From assembly GCA_951406725.2 (NCBI GenBank), contig OX597820.1, positions 61,938,001 through 62,002,000 of the forward strand: a stretch of DNA of 64,000 nt. The letters are read 5' to 3'. The notes beneath the pieces were generated by a model, which was not told where the DNA came from, did no database searches, and saw only the letters and a program-made list of their open reading frames with translations. The stretch's first letter is position 1. The number at the start of each line of letters is the position of its first letter. Made by a program: the position numbers and the translations under genes. Positions 13,409 through 26,307 of the stretch are shown in pieces. The stretch comes from Octopus vulgaris. Lineage: Eukaryota.

Positions 13409-13627
13409 GTACTGAAAAAGGGAGTGAAAAGTTCCTGGTTTTAAAGGTCTCACGAAAAGCCTGGTTGGAGGATCAACCTACCGATTTCTATAACAGGGTT
13501 TAGAAAAACTGAAGGGGCACTGCAATAAGTGTGTGAATCTGAGTGAGGAATATGTTGAATAAAATCATAACTAACTGATCCTCCTGTATATTTTTGTTCA
13601 AAGCCAGGAACTTTTCAGCACCCGCTC

Positions 13628-13630
<3 letters not shown>
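13409..13630 (+). mobile_element. Mariner internal-deletion derivative (MITE-sized)
   Basis: Inverted ends tgaaaagttcctggtttt / aaagccaggaacttttca. Retains the transposase C-terminus WLEDQPTDFY-(frameshift)-GLEKLKGHCNKCVNLSEEYVE*. Sits in (TA)n. Confidence 0.8.
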
Positions 13631-13679
<49 letters not shown>

Positions 13680-13731
13680 CCTTTTTGTATCACCTAGTTG
13701 TCTGGATGTTTTGCGTTCTTGTCCCATTTTG

Positions 13732-13795
<64 letters not shown>

Positions 13796-14523
13796 CACAT
13801 ATATATAATTATATGTAATTATATATCTATATATCTATATAAATATATATATATATGTATATATATATATAATTATATATAGTTACATATATATAATTAA
13901 TTATATATATACAAGGAAAATAAAACATGGTAGAAAATGTTAACATAATTATTTCATGAAATACATTTTGTAAAGGTTAGTACCGGTTTCAGGCTTTTCG
14001 ACTTTTTCATTTAAGAGTAAAGCAAGAAAACAATTAAATTGAAGAAAAAAATTTAAATGAAATGTTTTGTAAGTATTTGCATAGTTTTCAAAAAAGTAGA
14101 ATATTTTCCCTTTTCTGCTTCTCCCTCTTTTCCTTTGTGAAGGCTCGGGAGACATCCCCAGACACACTAGAATGAATATCATTTTCAACCAGGCAAAACA
14201 GATTTGCACTTTGATATGCAATTTAAAAAAAAAGTACACACACACACACATCTATCTACACATGTATGTATATGTAAGTCTCTGTATATATATCAACTAT
14301 CTCTTTCGCATTCATATATTAACAGTTTAGATCTTAATTATAAAAAAATATGAAACTATTATGCTATGCTAATTTAGTTAATTGTAACATAGAAATTTAA
14401 ATGTAATAAAATGTTTTATAAAGAAATTTGATGTGCCTACGTGGTAACTGTAAACGTATCTTTGGGCCACCCTGTCTGTGTATATATATGTATATATATA
14501 TATATGTGTGTGTGTGTAATTGT

Positions 14524-14945
14524 TAGAGTATTGTAGCACTTATTTCTAGGAATGTTCGTGTTTCTCACACCTTAATTACATTTAGTGACAAATATAATTC
14601 TAATTTTTGGTGAAACATTGCATATTGCTGTCTATATTAATTTTCTGTATGTACGTTAGAAAATCTCTAAATCATCCATTAATTTGGATAACGAAAGCAT
14701 ATATAGTAATAGAGAAGCGAGTCCGAAAAGAGTCGAAGTTCGAGTCAGTCCTAACTGATGAGACCACGGAAATTGCCGAAACTGATGTTAGTTTTAAAAA
14801 TTCTCGATCGGCATTTTTCGGAAGATGAAGGTCCCTGTTAGTGTCTATGTTTACGTTTATGTGCGTTGACTACAGCATTAGAGCATTTTAGCTCATATTT
14901 CTAGCAATGGGGGTGCTTCTAACACGCTACTCATATTTTGCGACA

Positions 14946-14949
<4 letters not shown>
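14524..14949 (+). mobile_element. Terminally redundant non-coding element with a central hammerhead core (retrozyme or Penelope-like)
   Basis: Diverged ~70-bp direct repeats at 14524-14595 and 14878-14949. CTGATGA at 14755 and GAAAC at 14778. Confidence 0.55.
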
Positions 14950-14991
<42 letters not shown>

Positions 14992-15456
14992 TACACATAT
15001 CGTTCATAGATTTTCTCATGCGGTGTGTAACTTGCTTGTGAATACCTATTATTGGGTTTCGAGCGAAGTATCTTTATATTATCATATGAACCCTATATAA
15101 AAAAAAATTGACAAAATGGAGATGTTTCGTCATGGAGAATAATCTGTAAGGCAAAAATATAGATTAAAACTACAATGTTTATAATGCATTAGTTTGAATG
15201 CTTATAAGTTCAAACAACTATATTTGCCCAAACTCACACACAAACACAAACATGTCTATACATGTGTACTTATATATGAATATATATTTATATATTATAT
15301 GTATGTGCGTAATATGCATATGTATGTACATACACATACATACATATATATATATATACATATATATGCATACGTTTGTCTGTGTTGCCTGCGTGTACAA
15401 TGGTGTTTGGATTTATACATATATGCATACATGCACACACATAAACATGGATACAG

Positions 15457-15487
<31 letters not shown>

Positions 15488-15792
15488 GAGGCACACTTAT
15501 ATACGCACTCTTACGTACATAGACACGCTTACTTACAAGAAAGCATAAGAGCGTTACTGCGAATGGAATGGAGGAGATGGAAATGCGTTTATAATTTCGT
15601 AACATGCACATTTGCGCAATAAAACAAATTTCCGCATGGCTCCATGCATCTGAATATATAGACACACACGCCCCCACCCCACACAAACACACACATCCAC
15701 ATTTGTATGTATATATATATATACATATATACATGCATATTAATATGTAAAGAAAGTATATTTATAAACATATATATATATATAATATTATA

Positions 15793-15830
<38 letters not shown>

Positions 15831-15838
15831 TATACACA

Positions 15839-15932
<94 letters not shown>

Positions 15933-15995
15933 TATGTATTTATGTTTGTATTTATGTATATATGTATGTGTATATAAATAGAAGCACGCGCGCAA

Positions 15996-16047
<52 letters not shown>

Positions 16048-16921
16048 TTTACTATCTGTATATCTCTATCTTTCTCTCTATCTATCAACCTATATGAAAG
16101 CTCTATTATTCGGCTTCTAAAACAATTTTTTCTCTCCTTCTCCAGATTCTTTCACTCCATTTTTTTTCCTCTACTTCTCGCCGTGTATGTGTGTTTGAGA
16201 AACTGTGTTTATATCTGTTCATTCATGTAAAGTAAACTTGTACGATGTTTCCACATATAACTTTCCATACTTTTGCGTACATGCATGAATATATTTATCG
16301 TTTGCATCTGAACGTTTCGTGTGCATGCGTATTTAACAAAATGCTAATATTTTGCATAGGTTTCGTACGATTTGCGTACCCATGTTAAATCTGGCGACGT
16401 GCTACGTGCAATGCATGCGAGTATATATATTTCATGACACATATTTTCATCACCATTTCGAGCTAGATGGCAATAAAAAATGATAATAATGTGAAAATGT
16501 CGCTGAGTAGATTATAAGAAAGTGCAGGAAAGTGGTTACTAGATATTTTAGTAACGTGTGCAATTCATGCTAGGTTATTCTCGTCGTATATTTTTCTTCT
16601 TGTCTTTCGGTGCTTGTTCGTGACTTCCATGTTTTTATACAGTCATTTTTTTTTCAATACTAAACATTATATAATGGTAGTATTTGCTGATGCTTCAGAT
16701 CCTGCTTCTCCTGTTACCTTCCCGCCAAAAACACAACATTTACTGGTAGTGGTAATTGTGATGGTGGTGGTGGTGCTGCTACTAGCACTATTGATGCTGC
16801 TATGCTAACATGCATGCAGGACTCCAAGCCGGTATAAATATAATATACATACATGCATAAACCCATCCGTAGCCACCCTCTTCTGCCTACACAGACATAT
16901 ATTACATAGACATATAAGCAT

Positions 16922-16962
<41 letters not shown>

Positions 16963-16974
16963 ATATAGATAATC

Positions 16975-17360
16975 CAAGGCCTGACATTTGAGGGGACTAG
17001 TCAATTACATCGATCACAGTGATTATCTGATACTTAATTCATCAACCCCAAAAAGACGAATGGCAAAGCCGACCTCGGCAGAATTTGAACTCGAAACGTA
17101 ACGACGGGTGAAATACCGATAAGCATTCTGCCCGGCGTGCTAATGATTCGGCCAGCTCGCCGCCTAATAATAGATATAACCTTTCTATTATAGGCACAAA
17201 ACTTGAAACTTGAGGGAGGCGGGGGACACTCGATTAGATCGACCCAATACCCTACTGGTACTTGATTTATCCACCCCGAAAGGATGAAAGGCAAAGTCTA
17301 CCTCGGCAGAATTTGAACTCGGAACGTAGCGACGGGCGAAACATCGTTAAGCATTTCTCT
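16975..17360 (-). mobile_element. Two tandem SINE family B copies
   Basis: ggcaaag..acctcggcagaatttgaactc occurs twice (about 17062 and 17290). First head ends gccagctcgccgcc at about 17164. Confidence 0.85.
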
Positions 17361-17383
17361 AAACACACACACACACGCACACG

Positions 17384-17518
<135 letters not shown>

Positions 17519-19736
17519 ACACATGCACATAACTACATGTGGTTGGAAATCAAGCTTCTTATCACACAGCAGTGTGTGTATATGTGTGTGTGTGTGGCGT
17601 GTTTGTGTATGGGTGTGCGTGTGTGCGTGCACGCATATGCCTTCACTCACAATAGGCTTCCATGCTGATTCTGTCTACCAAATTTCATTGAAGCCATTAA
17701 TAAATCCGAAGCTAAAGTGGAAAGCTCTTTCCCAGTGTGATACACAGTGCAACCGAACCAAGATCCAAATGGTCGCGTAGGAATCGTTTTTGAACCTACA
17801 GCCATACCTTTGCCAATATTACTGGTATATGTTTCCTTAATCCACAGCTCAGTGGTGGTGTCTACTATACTTTGTCCAATGGGATTGTGGATTCATGGCA
17901 AGCCATATGAGCTTTTCTCTGATTAGAAAATACAAAAGGATACAGAGTACTACAATTTGTTAAAGATTTACGAACGTATTCATATTTTACCCAAATAATA
18001 TTTTAGATTATGTCATCGATTTCGTTCCATACTTAAGATTTTATATTTGTAAAGTGAAGTATCATAGGTAATGACTCTCAAAGAAGATGTTACAAGAGTA
18101 TAACGAGCTCTATAGTTTTCAGAAATGTTGTATTCTAACTCGGCATATTCAATACAAGCCATTTGAATCTTTGCTCCTCGAAAGAGTCAAATATTTCAAG
18201 CGGAATGCAATTTCAAAGGAGATAGAAATTTCGTGTTTCTCTATAAATTTCCAACCATCTTAGGAGTTTACGGAAAAAATGTGGAATTTCTGCGTTTACT
18301 GCTAGGAAGTATGTAGATATATGAAACATGAAGAAATATGTGTATGTGACGTTTGTAGTATGTGGCGTTCTGTATATGGGTATATGCCTACGCATTCATA
18401 TATATATAAGTATGAATTCGCGCTTGCATATAAACATGCAAACTCAATATTAATAATGAAATCCTGTTTCTAGATGTAAATATTGTATAGAGTAATAACA
18501 ATCTAAAATCTTGTTTCACTCAACGAAAAGCTATACATATCTAATAATCATTCAAATATATAATAAACAGAAATGTGAGGTCTCAATACGTACAAATTAT
18601 CGGTCATAAAATCCCACTTAAAAGTGATCATAAAAACTCAGATTTTAAATACCTGCTTCAATACATAGAAATAAATATAACAGTAGATAACCTCATCCAT
18701 AATAGATATTCTAACAGGATAAAATATGTTTTTTTTTGTAAAAATTACTCGAGTATTTATATACGTAAACATAAAATAAGATGTTTGTTAAGATAGATAC
18801 GAATGAAACTGATAAATGCAGGGAATTTACTGTCCATTGAAACCTACCTCTGCTAATATTAAGTGCATAGAAATGATAAAGATATTTTTAGCAAAAATTA
18901 TTTAATATCGTTATTAAGCATAAGATCGAGATGCAAACGCAAACTTGTAATTTATAACGATAATACACAAAACTTTACTACATGTAATATACACTACGAG
19001 AGTAAATTTCTATAAAACTTTACATGTCACTTATGGAATGTTTAAATTTTAATGACGCCCACGGACGTTGCAAAATTTCGTATCATATTAATAACATAAG
19101 TGACACTGGACATGAAATTTGTTGTTGTATTCTTGCAAAAAATCTCTACTCGGACAATATATTTACGTGTTACTCACAAGTTTCTATGTAGTCACTCTAT
19201 ATGTCGGAAAAGGCTTTCAAACCTTTTCATAGGGTTACACCCTTATGTCTTGAAACGAACGGATGAGATGGTCTGTGTTTCATGCCTTTGATTACAAGCC
19301 TGCTCGATTAGGACTGATCTAGGGTTTACAACAACAACAGCAACAACAACAACAACAACAACACATTGTCATTTACCTAATACATAAATATCGTTACAAT
19401 GAACTCCCTTCCTCTAAATGGTCTCTTTTTCTACAAGAAATAACAAACAGATCAGCATCAATCGCATCCTTTGCCCGTATCCAAAGAACACAATGGCATC
19501 GTAGCTCCTAATATACAAAAAGACGAAATAGTGACGTGATGAACGCTTCTGTACATAAATCTTTCTCTGTCTCTGTCTCTCTCCCTGTCTCTCTCATTCT
19601 TTCACTCTATCACATATCACTCACATACATATTCACAAGTTTGAATGAGATTTTAAAATTTCGACGGTGACTGGGTTCATCAAAGTATTTTACGTAGCCA
19701 ATCATCGGCGAAACCTCGAAGCACTTTTGAACTCCG

Positions 19737-19775
<39 letters not shown>

Positions 19776-19780
<5 letters not shown>

Positions 19781-20012
19781 TATTAAGGGAGCAAGGGCGA
19801 AAACGACCTATCTCCAGCATGCTTGAAAATGCCGAGTTACTCAGATACTACCAAAACCTCCTAATTATATATATACGTGATGGGTGAAATCGGGTATATA
19901 TAATTCGTGTGTATACATAATATGGAGTTTTTGGTAGTAACTGCGTGTCTCGGCATTTTCAAGCAAGCATGCTGGAGAAAGAACGTTTTTGCCCTTGCTT
20001 CCTTATATAATT
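19776..20012. repeat. Fold-back element with ~85-bp inverted arms in (TA)n
   Basis: agcaagggcgaaaacg..tctccagcatgcttgaaaatgccgag..ctaccaaaacctcc versus ggagtttttggtag..ctcggcattttcaagc..gcatgctggaga..cgtttttgcccttgct. Confidence 0.85.
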
Positions 20013-20309
20013 ACACCCCCCTCCACATATATATATATATAATTATTAATTTAATGAATATTACCAATACATTTTTATAGCATGTTAACTACCTGCATTT
20101 AAATCTTTAACGGATTTTAGGCTAACATCGATATATATATATATCACCAGAAAGGCTCGCGTCGATGTTCGCCTGGGGCTAAATATATAGTAACATATAC
20201 CCTGCCCTGTCCCTAGCCATATTCAGATGGCTATATAGTCCCTTATGTTATCGAGCAGTTACTGTCTATATCCCTTTTAGAGAATTATTATTGCTATATA
20301 TATATAATT

Positions 20310-20855
20310 TTAGATAAATCTTAGATATGTTTCGACCAAAGATTGATCCAGGCCATGTGTAACTCAATAGCACCACCTAATAGGATCATCTAAATCCTTT
20401 TTAAGTAAAGTTTTGCGCTATCATGGTCCACTTGAGCAGGGAGTTCTTATTGAGTGAGTTGTATCCAGGAAAAGGTGGCTTATCTGGTATTCTTAGAAGA
20501 AATTTGTCCAGATTCCGTTTAAAGGTGATGGGATTCTTTTCCTCTTTGATCCGTTTTGGGGCAATATTAAACAGGGTAGGGCCTGTTGAGGAAAAGAAAT
20601 TGCGCTGCGGTGTAGTTATGGGTTGTGATCTTGAATTGGTTAGGGGACGTATGGCCAGTGGTCCTAGCCATGGATGGATTTTATAGCTAATGTTGAGGTC
20701 GTTTGGGCAATGCTGGCGATATATTCTCCACATCATGCAAATGTTGTACCGCTCACGGCGGCGCTGGAGAGAGTAGGGATTCCATGATTTAAGGCGGTCC
20801 CAGTAATCGAGATCAGTCATGGCCTTAATTCATTTAGTGAATGCCCTCTGGGGTG
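20310..20855 (-). mobile_element. CR1-clade LINE 3' end
   Basis: DLDYWDRLKSWNPYSLQRRRERY..FKRNLDKFL is the typical CR1/L2 ORF2 C-terminus. 3' tail shared with the copies at 28075 and 44940-45018. Confidence 0.85.
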
Positions 20856-20888
20856 ATATATGTTTATATATACTTTATGTAGCTAGCC

Positions 20889-21392
20889 TCATTTGCACCC
20901 CTTGCTTCTCGACAGGAAGAGGTCCAGCTTTGATTTTAAAACGCCTACATCTACTATGTGCAGATTCCTCAGGCTTTTTGGGAGAATAATTAAAATCTGT
21001 GGACCACTGAAACCCAGGCTGTTGCAGTAACTAGTCCTGAAGCACGATGGCGTTGCTGGAATCTTTGGCACTATGCAGTGTTGTCCCGTTTTGGCATTGG
21101 TGTAGCTTTTAATACCTAAATTTGGCACAATTCCTTCCAGGATTTTCCAGATGTATATTACTGCATACCTCCCTCGTTTTCGCACCAGGGATTAGAGTCT
21201 TTCCCAGTAGCTGAGCAGTTGCAAAGAGTAGATCTTTGTGAATCTTCGCTGGATTGATTCAAGGTCCCCTGTTAATTTCACACTGTTGGGTGATCATAGT
21301 TGGGAGCAGTAATCCAGGCGGCTGAGGCCCAATGTCCTTTAGAGGACCATCATGATTTCCTTATCTATGGTTGTGAATGTTCTCAGGATCCA
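20889..21392 (-). mobile_element. CR1-clade LINE fragment, second family
   Basis: RYAVIYIWKILEGIVPNLGI..LPKSLRN..LKSKLDLFL, with an upstream RLDYCSQL motif. Confidence 0.8.
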
Positions 21393-21765
21393 TCTATATA
21401 TATACATCAAAAAATATATATGAAATATAAAACATAATACATATATTATATATATATATTATATAAAAAATATATATAATACATATATATATGTATAAAA
21501 TATATAATATATATACAATATATAATATATATATAATATATATAATATATATAGGTTATGAGAGGTAATGGTGTCAAGAAGCCCAAATGTGTCAGGTAAT
21601 GCTGAGTAAGTACTATAGCCAGACTATAGTTAAGCTCTATGTTCGATGATTATGCGAATGAGGAGTCCAATGTAGGTCATATATCAGCATGTTTATATAC
21701 AAAAAAATTAACAGTATGAGATAAAAATCCAAGGCTGTGAAAGATTTCAGAACATTTATGAATAG

Positions 21766-21813
21766 GTCTTACAGCTGTTTCCGGGATATTTTATATATCC
21801 CTTCATCGGAGAC
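21766..21813 (-). ncRNA. Minimal type-I hammerhead ribozyme motif (U4C)
   Basis: gtct-CCGATGA-a-gggatat(ataaa)atatccc-g-GAAA-cagctg-TA-agac. Confidence 0.75.
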
Positions 21814-22144
21814 GGTGTGAGAAAATGGATAAGCAATAGTTATTCTAGATATTATATGAAATAGAGAGTGAAGTGGGGGAATGAAAATAGACGTGAGATA
21901 TGCAGGGATATTCAACACACAGACACACACACATATACTATACATATATATACATATACATATATATACATATACATAATATACATATATAATACACACA
22001 CCCATATATATATATATATGGGGTATCTATTTGTGTTTGTGAATAGCGGCAGTTATGTATAAAATATGTATACCACGTCATATTAATATAAAGGTATATC
22101 TAAATATATCTTTAGCATTGTAAATTAGGCTTACAATGAGAGCT

Positions 22145-22183
22145 GATCGACTAGTTTCGTCTTTCATATGACTCATCAGAGAG
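22145..22183 (-). ncRNA. Minimal hammerhead motif, intact core, poor stem I
   Basis: ctct-CTGATGA-gtc(atatgaaa)gac-GAAA-ctag-TC-gatc. Confidence 0.65.
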
Positions 22184-22807
22184 CGCTTAATCTGCTTACC
22201 AAACTATCAATATGGCACATCTTAGAATAGTGGTAGAAGTGTGGTGATTGGAGTGCTATGGGAGAATACAGTGATAGATGTCAATTATATAGATATCACT
22301 AATACAGTGATTGAAAGACAGTGCGATGTTATAGAAGCATAATGCTAGATGTGTAGTGACAAATATGCAGTGAGGGATATGTAGTGACTGAAGTGCAGTG
22401 ACTGAAGTCCAGTGACACACATGCAGTAATTGAAACGGTGTATAGAGAAGATCTTGCAATGCTGTGATAAAAATCTAACGCAGGAACATAAGCGAAACAT
22501 AGTCACAGACATGCAGCGCAGTAATCGATGTACATGTACACACTCAGAAATGCCTTCCATGAGAGAAAGATAAAAAAAAGGAGAATAAAACAGAATTGAG
22601 GAAAATCGAAACATTTAAGTAGGTAAAACTGATTTTGGAAAGTCAGCGCTGTCACAGAGTTTTTCAGTTGAGTGATTCAAGCCTTGCTTCAGGCTATCAC
22701 ACAGCTGTGCAGTACTATAGAATGCTATTGATTCCTGATTTCCTGCTGTATCAGTATGAGAGAGCCTGGTTGATTCCATTTTAATCGAAAAAGGGAAATG
22801 AAGTAGG

Positions 22808-22854
<47 letters not shown>

Positions 22855-23035
22855 TATATATTCATATATACATATATCTATTCATATATACATATATCTA
22901 TCCATATATATACATATATATATATATGCATATATATATAAACATGCATACATAAACACACACACACACATATATATATACATGCATATATATATATATA
23001 TTATTTATATATATATATACATACCTATGTATGTA

Positions 23036-23099
<64 letters not shown>

Positions 23100-23917
23100 G
23101 AATATATACATACATATATATCATATATATGTATACACACTCACACACTCACACACACACAATAAGCGTTCATATTTCATAAATTTATCAGGATTTACAG
23201 CCATATTTATTGGCCTATATTTATAAACGGGAGCAATAATTTCATGCGAAGTGACGTTATTAGTGTTGCTTGCGTTGTTGCTGTTATTGATGTTTAACCT
23301 GAGGTCATCAGTGATCGAACAAATAAATGTATGATTGAATGCATTCTGGCAGTGATAATTCCGCTTTTTTTTTCCAGCCCTAGTGCGTCTTCTAATTCTT
23401 AGAAGGTAGGGTTGGGTTTGAGCGAGATTCGACTTCTTTTCCGAGCCACAAAATCTTAGAGTTTTATTGTGAATACGTGCGTGACCTAGTTGTTAGGATG
23501 TTGGACTTAGGGTCACAAGATCATTGATTTCATTCGCTAATCGGGCGGCGCGTTGTTTTTTTTTAGCAATGTACATAATTTACGTTAGTTTAGCAGCCAA
23601 CTACTGTTGCAACCTTCTCTTCATTCAGTTGCTAAATCTTAGGTCAGGCATCTTAGATAACCATCTCGAGAATCGGACCACAGGAGACATTGCACATCAT
23701 CTGCCTGGCTCTACTACTAAACAATTCAAAATAATTTTTCTTTAAACATGCCATAGAGAAAGTAACGTGGGCCACATGTTGCCCATGGCTTTCTTAGATG
23801 TTCTGCTGGGCCATGGATGAAAGTGTCAATAAGACGTCTATATCTACTTGCGACTCCATAGACACCTTCAGGGTGCTGCTGTTGTTATTGACGTTGACAC
23901 CAGAATCTGGTAGGTAA

Positions 23918-24140
23918 GGCGGCGAGCTGGCAGGGTCATTAGCAAGTCGAGCAAAATGCTTAACGGCATTTCATTCGTCTTTATGTACTGAGTTCAAATT
24001 CCGCCGAGGTCGACTTTGCCTTTCATCCTTTCAGGGGCGATAAAATAAATTCCTGTTGATCACAGGGATCAATGTAACCGACTCGCTCTCACTCGTGAAA
24101 TTGCTGGCCTTCTGTCAAAATTTGAAAACGATATTATTCT
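23918..24140 (+). mobile_element. SINE family B, full length
   Basis: ggcggcgagctggcag head, then gagttcaaattccgccgaggtcgactttgcctttcatcctttc. Confidence 0.9.
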
Positions 24141-24166
24141 AATAGGTATTATTGTTGACGCTCTAT

Positions 24167-24970
24167 CAGTGGTTTCTAACCGGGGCCCATATGAGGCGTT
24201 TAGTAACAGACCATCATAAGCGCCACAACTTAAAAAACGAGAAAAACGCAAAGTTTCATGACTTTCAGAATGCGATATCTCGGCAAGGAATTAAATTAGA
24301 AAGCTGGTTTTGGTCTTAAAATGACCTTGAAGACCCCCCTAATCATTTCATCTATGTAAAATTGTTGATGAAATAATGACTGCGTATTTCTGATTTTGTA
24401 GAATATACCGATACTACGAAACGGTGCATCGCATTGCATATTCTAGCCATAATACCTAGAAAAAACATACAGAGACCCCTCCCCGCCAAAGTATTGTTTG
24501 TGTTTTAATATTCCAAGGTAAGTATTTTTAAGAAGACAAGGTAGAAAGATAGTAGCCCGTTATCGTTACGATGGTAACGAGGAATATTAGAAAATGAGCC
24601 ATAAAACGTGGAAAAACGATACAGGGCCCCACGCCACAGTTATTGCTTGAGCGTGTGTGCTTACGATGGCGTGTTTTGTGTGAGCAAGCGTCGTTTCAAT
24701 AGCGTCAAGGTACAATGTTTTTCAGCCGGATTTTCGACCTTATTGCAAGCCTCACCGGTTCTCTCTCCCAACCTTTTCGAATTCTAGACGTCGAGACAAA
24801 GAAAATGATATACTAACCTCGAAAATGGCCGGGATGGCGCTTACAACACTCTGTTACTAAACGTCTCTTATGACCATTAGGGGTCCATATAAGATTTTGC
24901 TGTTAAAATCTATATGCAATAAATTGGATATACTTCAACAATGCACACAAATTTTTAAACGTATTTTATG
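24167..24970 (+). mobile_element. hAT-like element 5' end, interrupted by a nested insertion
   Basis: cagtggtttctaaccgggg terminus. The host sequence rejoins as cccatat|gaccattaggggtccat across the insert. Confidence 0.5.
24193..24867. mobile_element. Non-autonomous TIR DNA transposon, Sola-like
   Basis: TIRs gaggcgtttagtaacaga..taagcgcca / tggcgctta..tctgttactaaacgtctc, GAG..CTC termini, 4-bp flanks atat/ttat. Confidence 0.7.
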
Positions 24971-24971
24971 T

Positions 24972-25134
24972 AGGCGCAGGAGTGGCTGTGTGGTAAGAAG
25001 CTTGCTTCCCAACCACATGGTCCAGAGTTTAGTCCCACTGTGTAGCACCTTGGGCGAGTATCTTCTACTGTAGACTTGGGCTGACCAATGCCTTGTGAGT
25101 GGATTTGGTAGACGGAAAGTAAAAGAAGCTATTC

Positions 25135-25137
<3 letters not shown>
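24972..25137 (+). mobile_element. SINE family A 5' half
   Basis: ggcgcaggagtggctgtgtggtaag..gagtggatttggtagacggaaa. Confidence 0.9.
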
Positions 25138-25196
<59 letters not shown>

Positions 25197-25221
25197 ATTA
25201 TTATTATTAATAATAATAGTA

Positions 25222-25652
25222 CTCTTTTAATTGTTTCAGTCATTTGACTGCGGCCATGCTGGAGCACCGCCTTTAGTCGAGCAAATCGACTTATTATTTG
25301 TAAGCTTAGTACTTATTCTATCGGTCTCTTTTACCTAACCGCTAAGTTACGGGGACGTAAACACATAACCATCGGTTGTCAAGCGATGTTGGGGAGACAA
25401 ACACAGACACACAAACGTATACACTCACACGCATATACATATATATACATATATGACGAGCTTCTTTCAGTTTTCGTCTACCAAATCCACTCACAAGGCT
25501 TTGGTTGGCCCGAGGCTATAGTAGAAGACACTTGCCCAAGGTGCCATGCAGTGGGACTGAACCCGGAACCATGTGATTGGTAAGCAAGCTACTTACCAGA
25601 CAGTCACTTCTATGCCTATAGCTACTTACCACACAGCCACTCCTACGCCTAT
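25222..25652 (-). mobile_element. SINE family A, full length, with duplicated head
   Basis: Reverse complement of 400-812; 33-bp tandem duplication at 25588-25653. Confidence 0.9.
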
Positions 25653-25654
25653 AG

Positions 25655-26307
25655 TAGGGAATATAATTCCAAACTTACAGGGAAAAATTCAATTTAACAA
25701 TTCTATATCAAATTTCACATTATATAATATATGTATAAAATTATGAGACCTCTACTAATTAACTCAAGAGTGAAAGACATTATCTTCACCATATGGAAAA
25801 AATTTAAATATACTATAATAAACATTATTAAAAAATCACTAAATTAAATAAACAATAACTTGACTACGCGCGATTCGTGACTATATCTTTAAATCGATAA
25901 TAATAAAATAATAAAATCGATGCTATTAAAATTAATTCGATTTAAAAATACAGCCACTCTTCAGGTCTAAAATAATAATGAAATAAATGTATGTATCAAA
26001 ACATATAATAAATTAACGAATAAATATAGAAATATACGTATCTAAACACTAAATAATCGAATAAAACATAATAACATTAATGAAAAAGAAAATCATAACT
26101 TATCTTATTGAAGAATTCCAGTTAACTGGAATTCTTCAATAAGATAGGTTTTTCATAAATATAATTACGTTTTATTCGATTATATAGTGTTTAGATACGA
26201 ATTAATTTTAAATTGAATTAATTTTAATAGTATCGATTATATCATTTTATTATTATCGATTTAAAGATATCTTTCACTATTGAGTTACTTAATAGCGGTT
26301 AGTTCTC

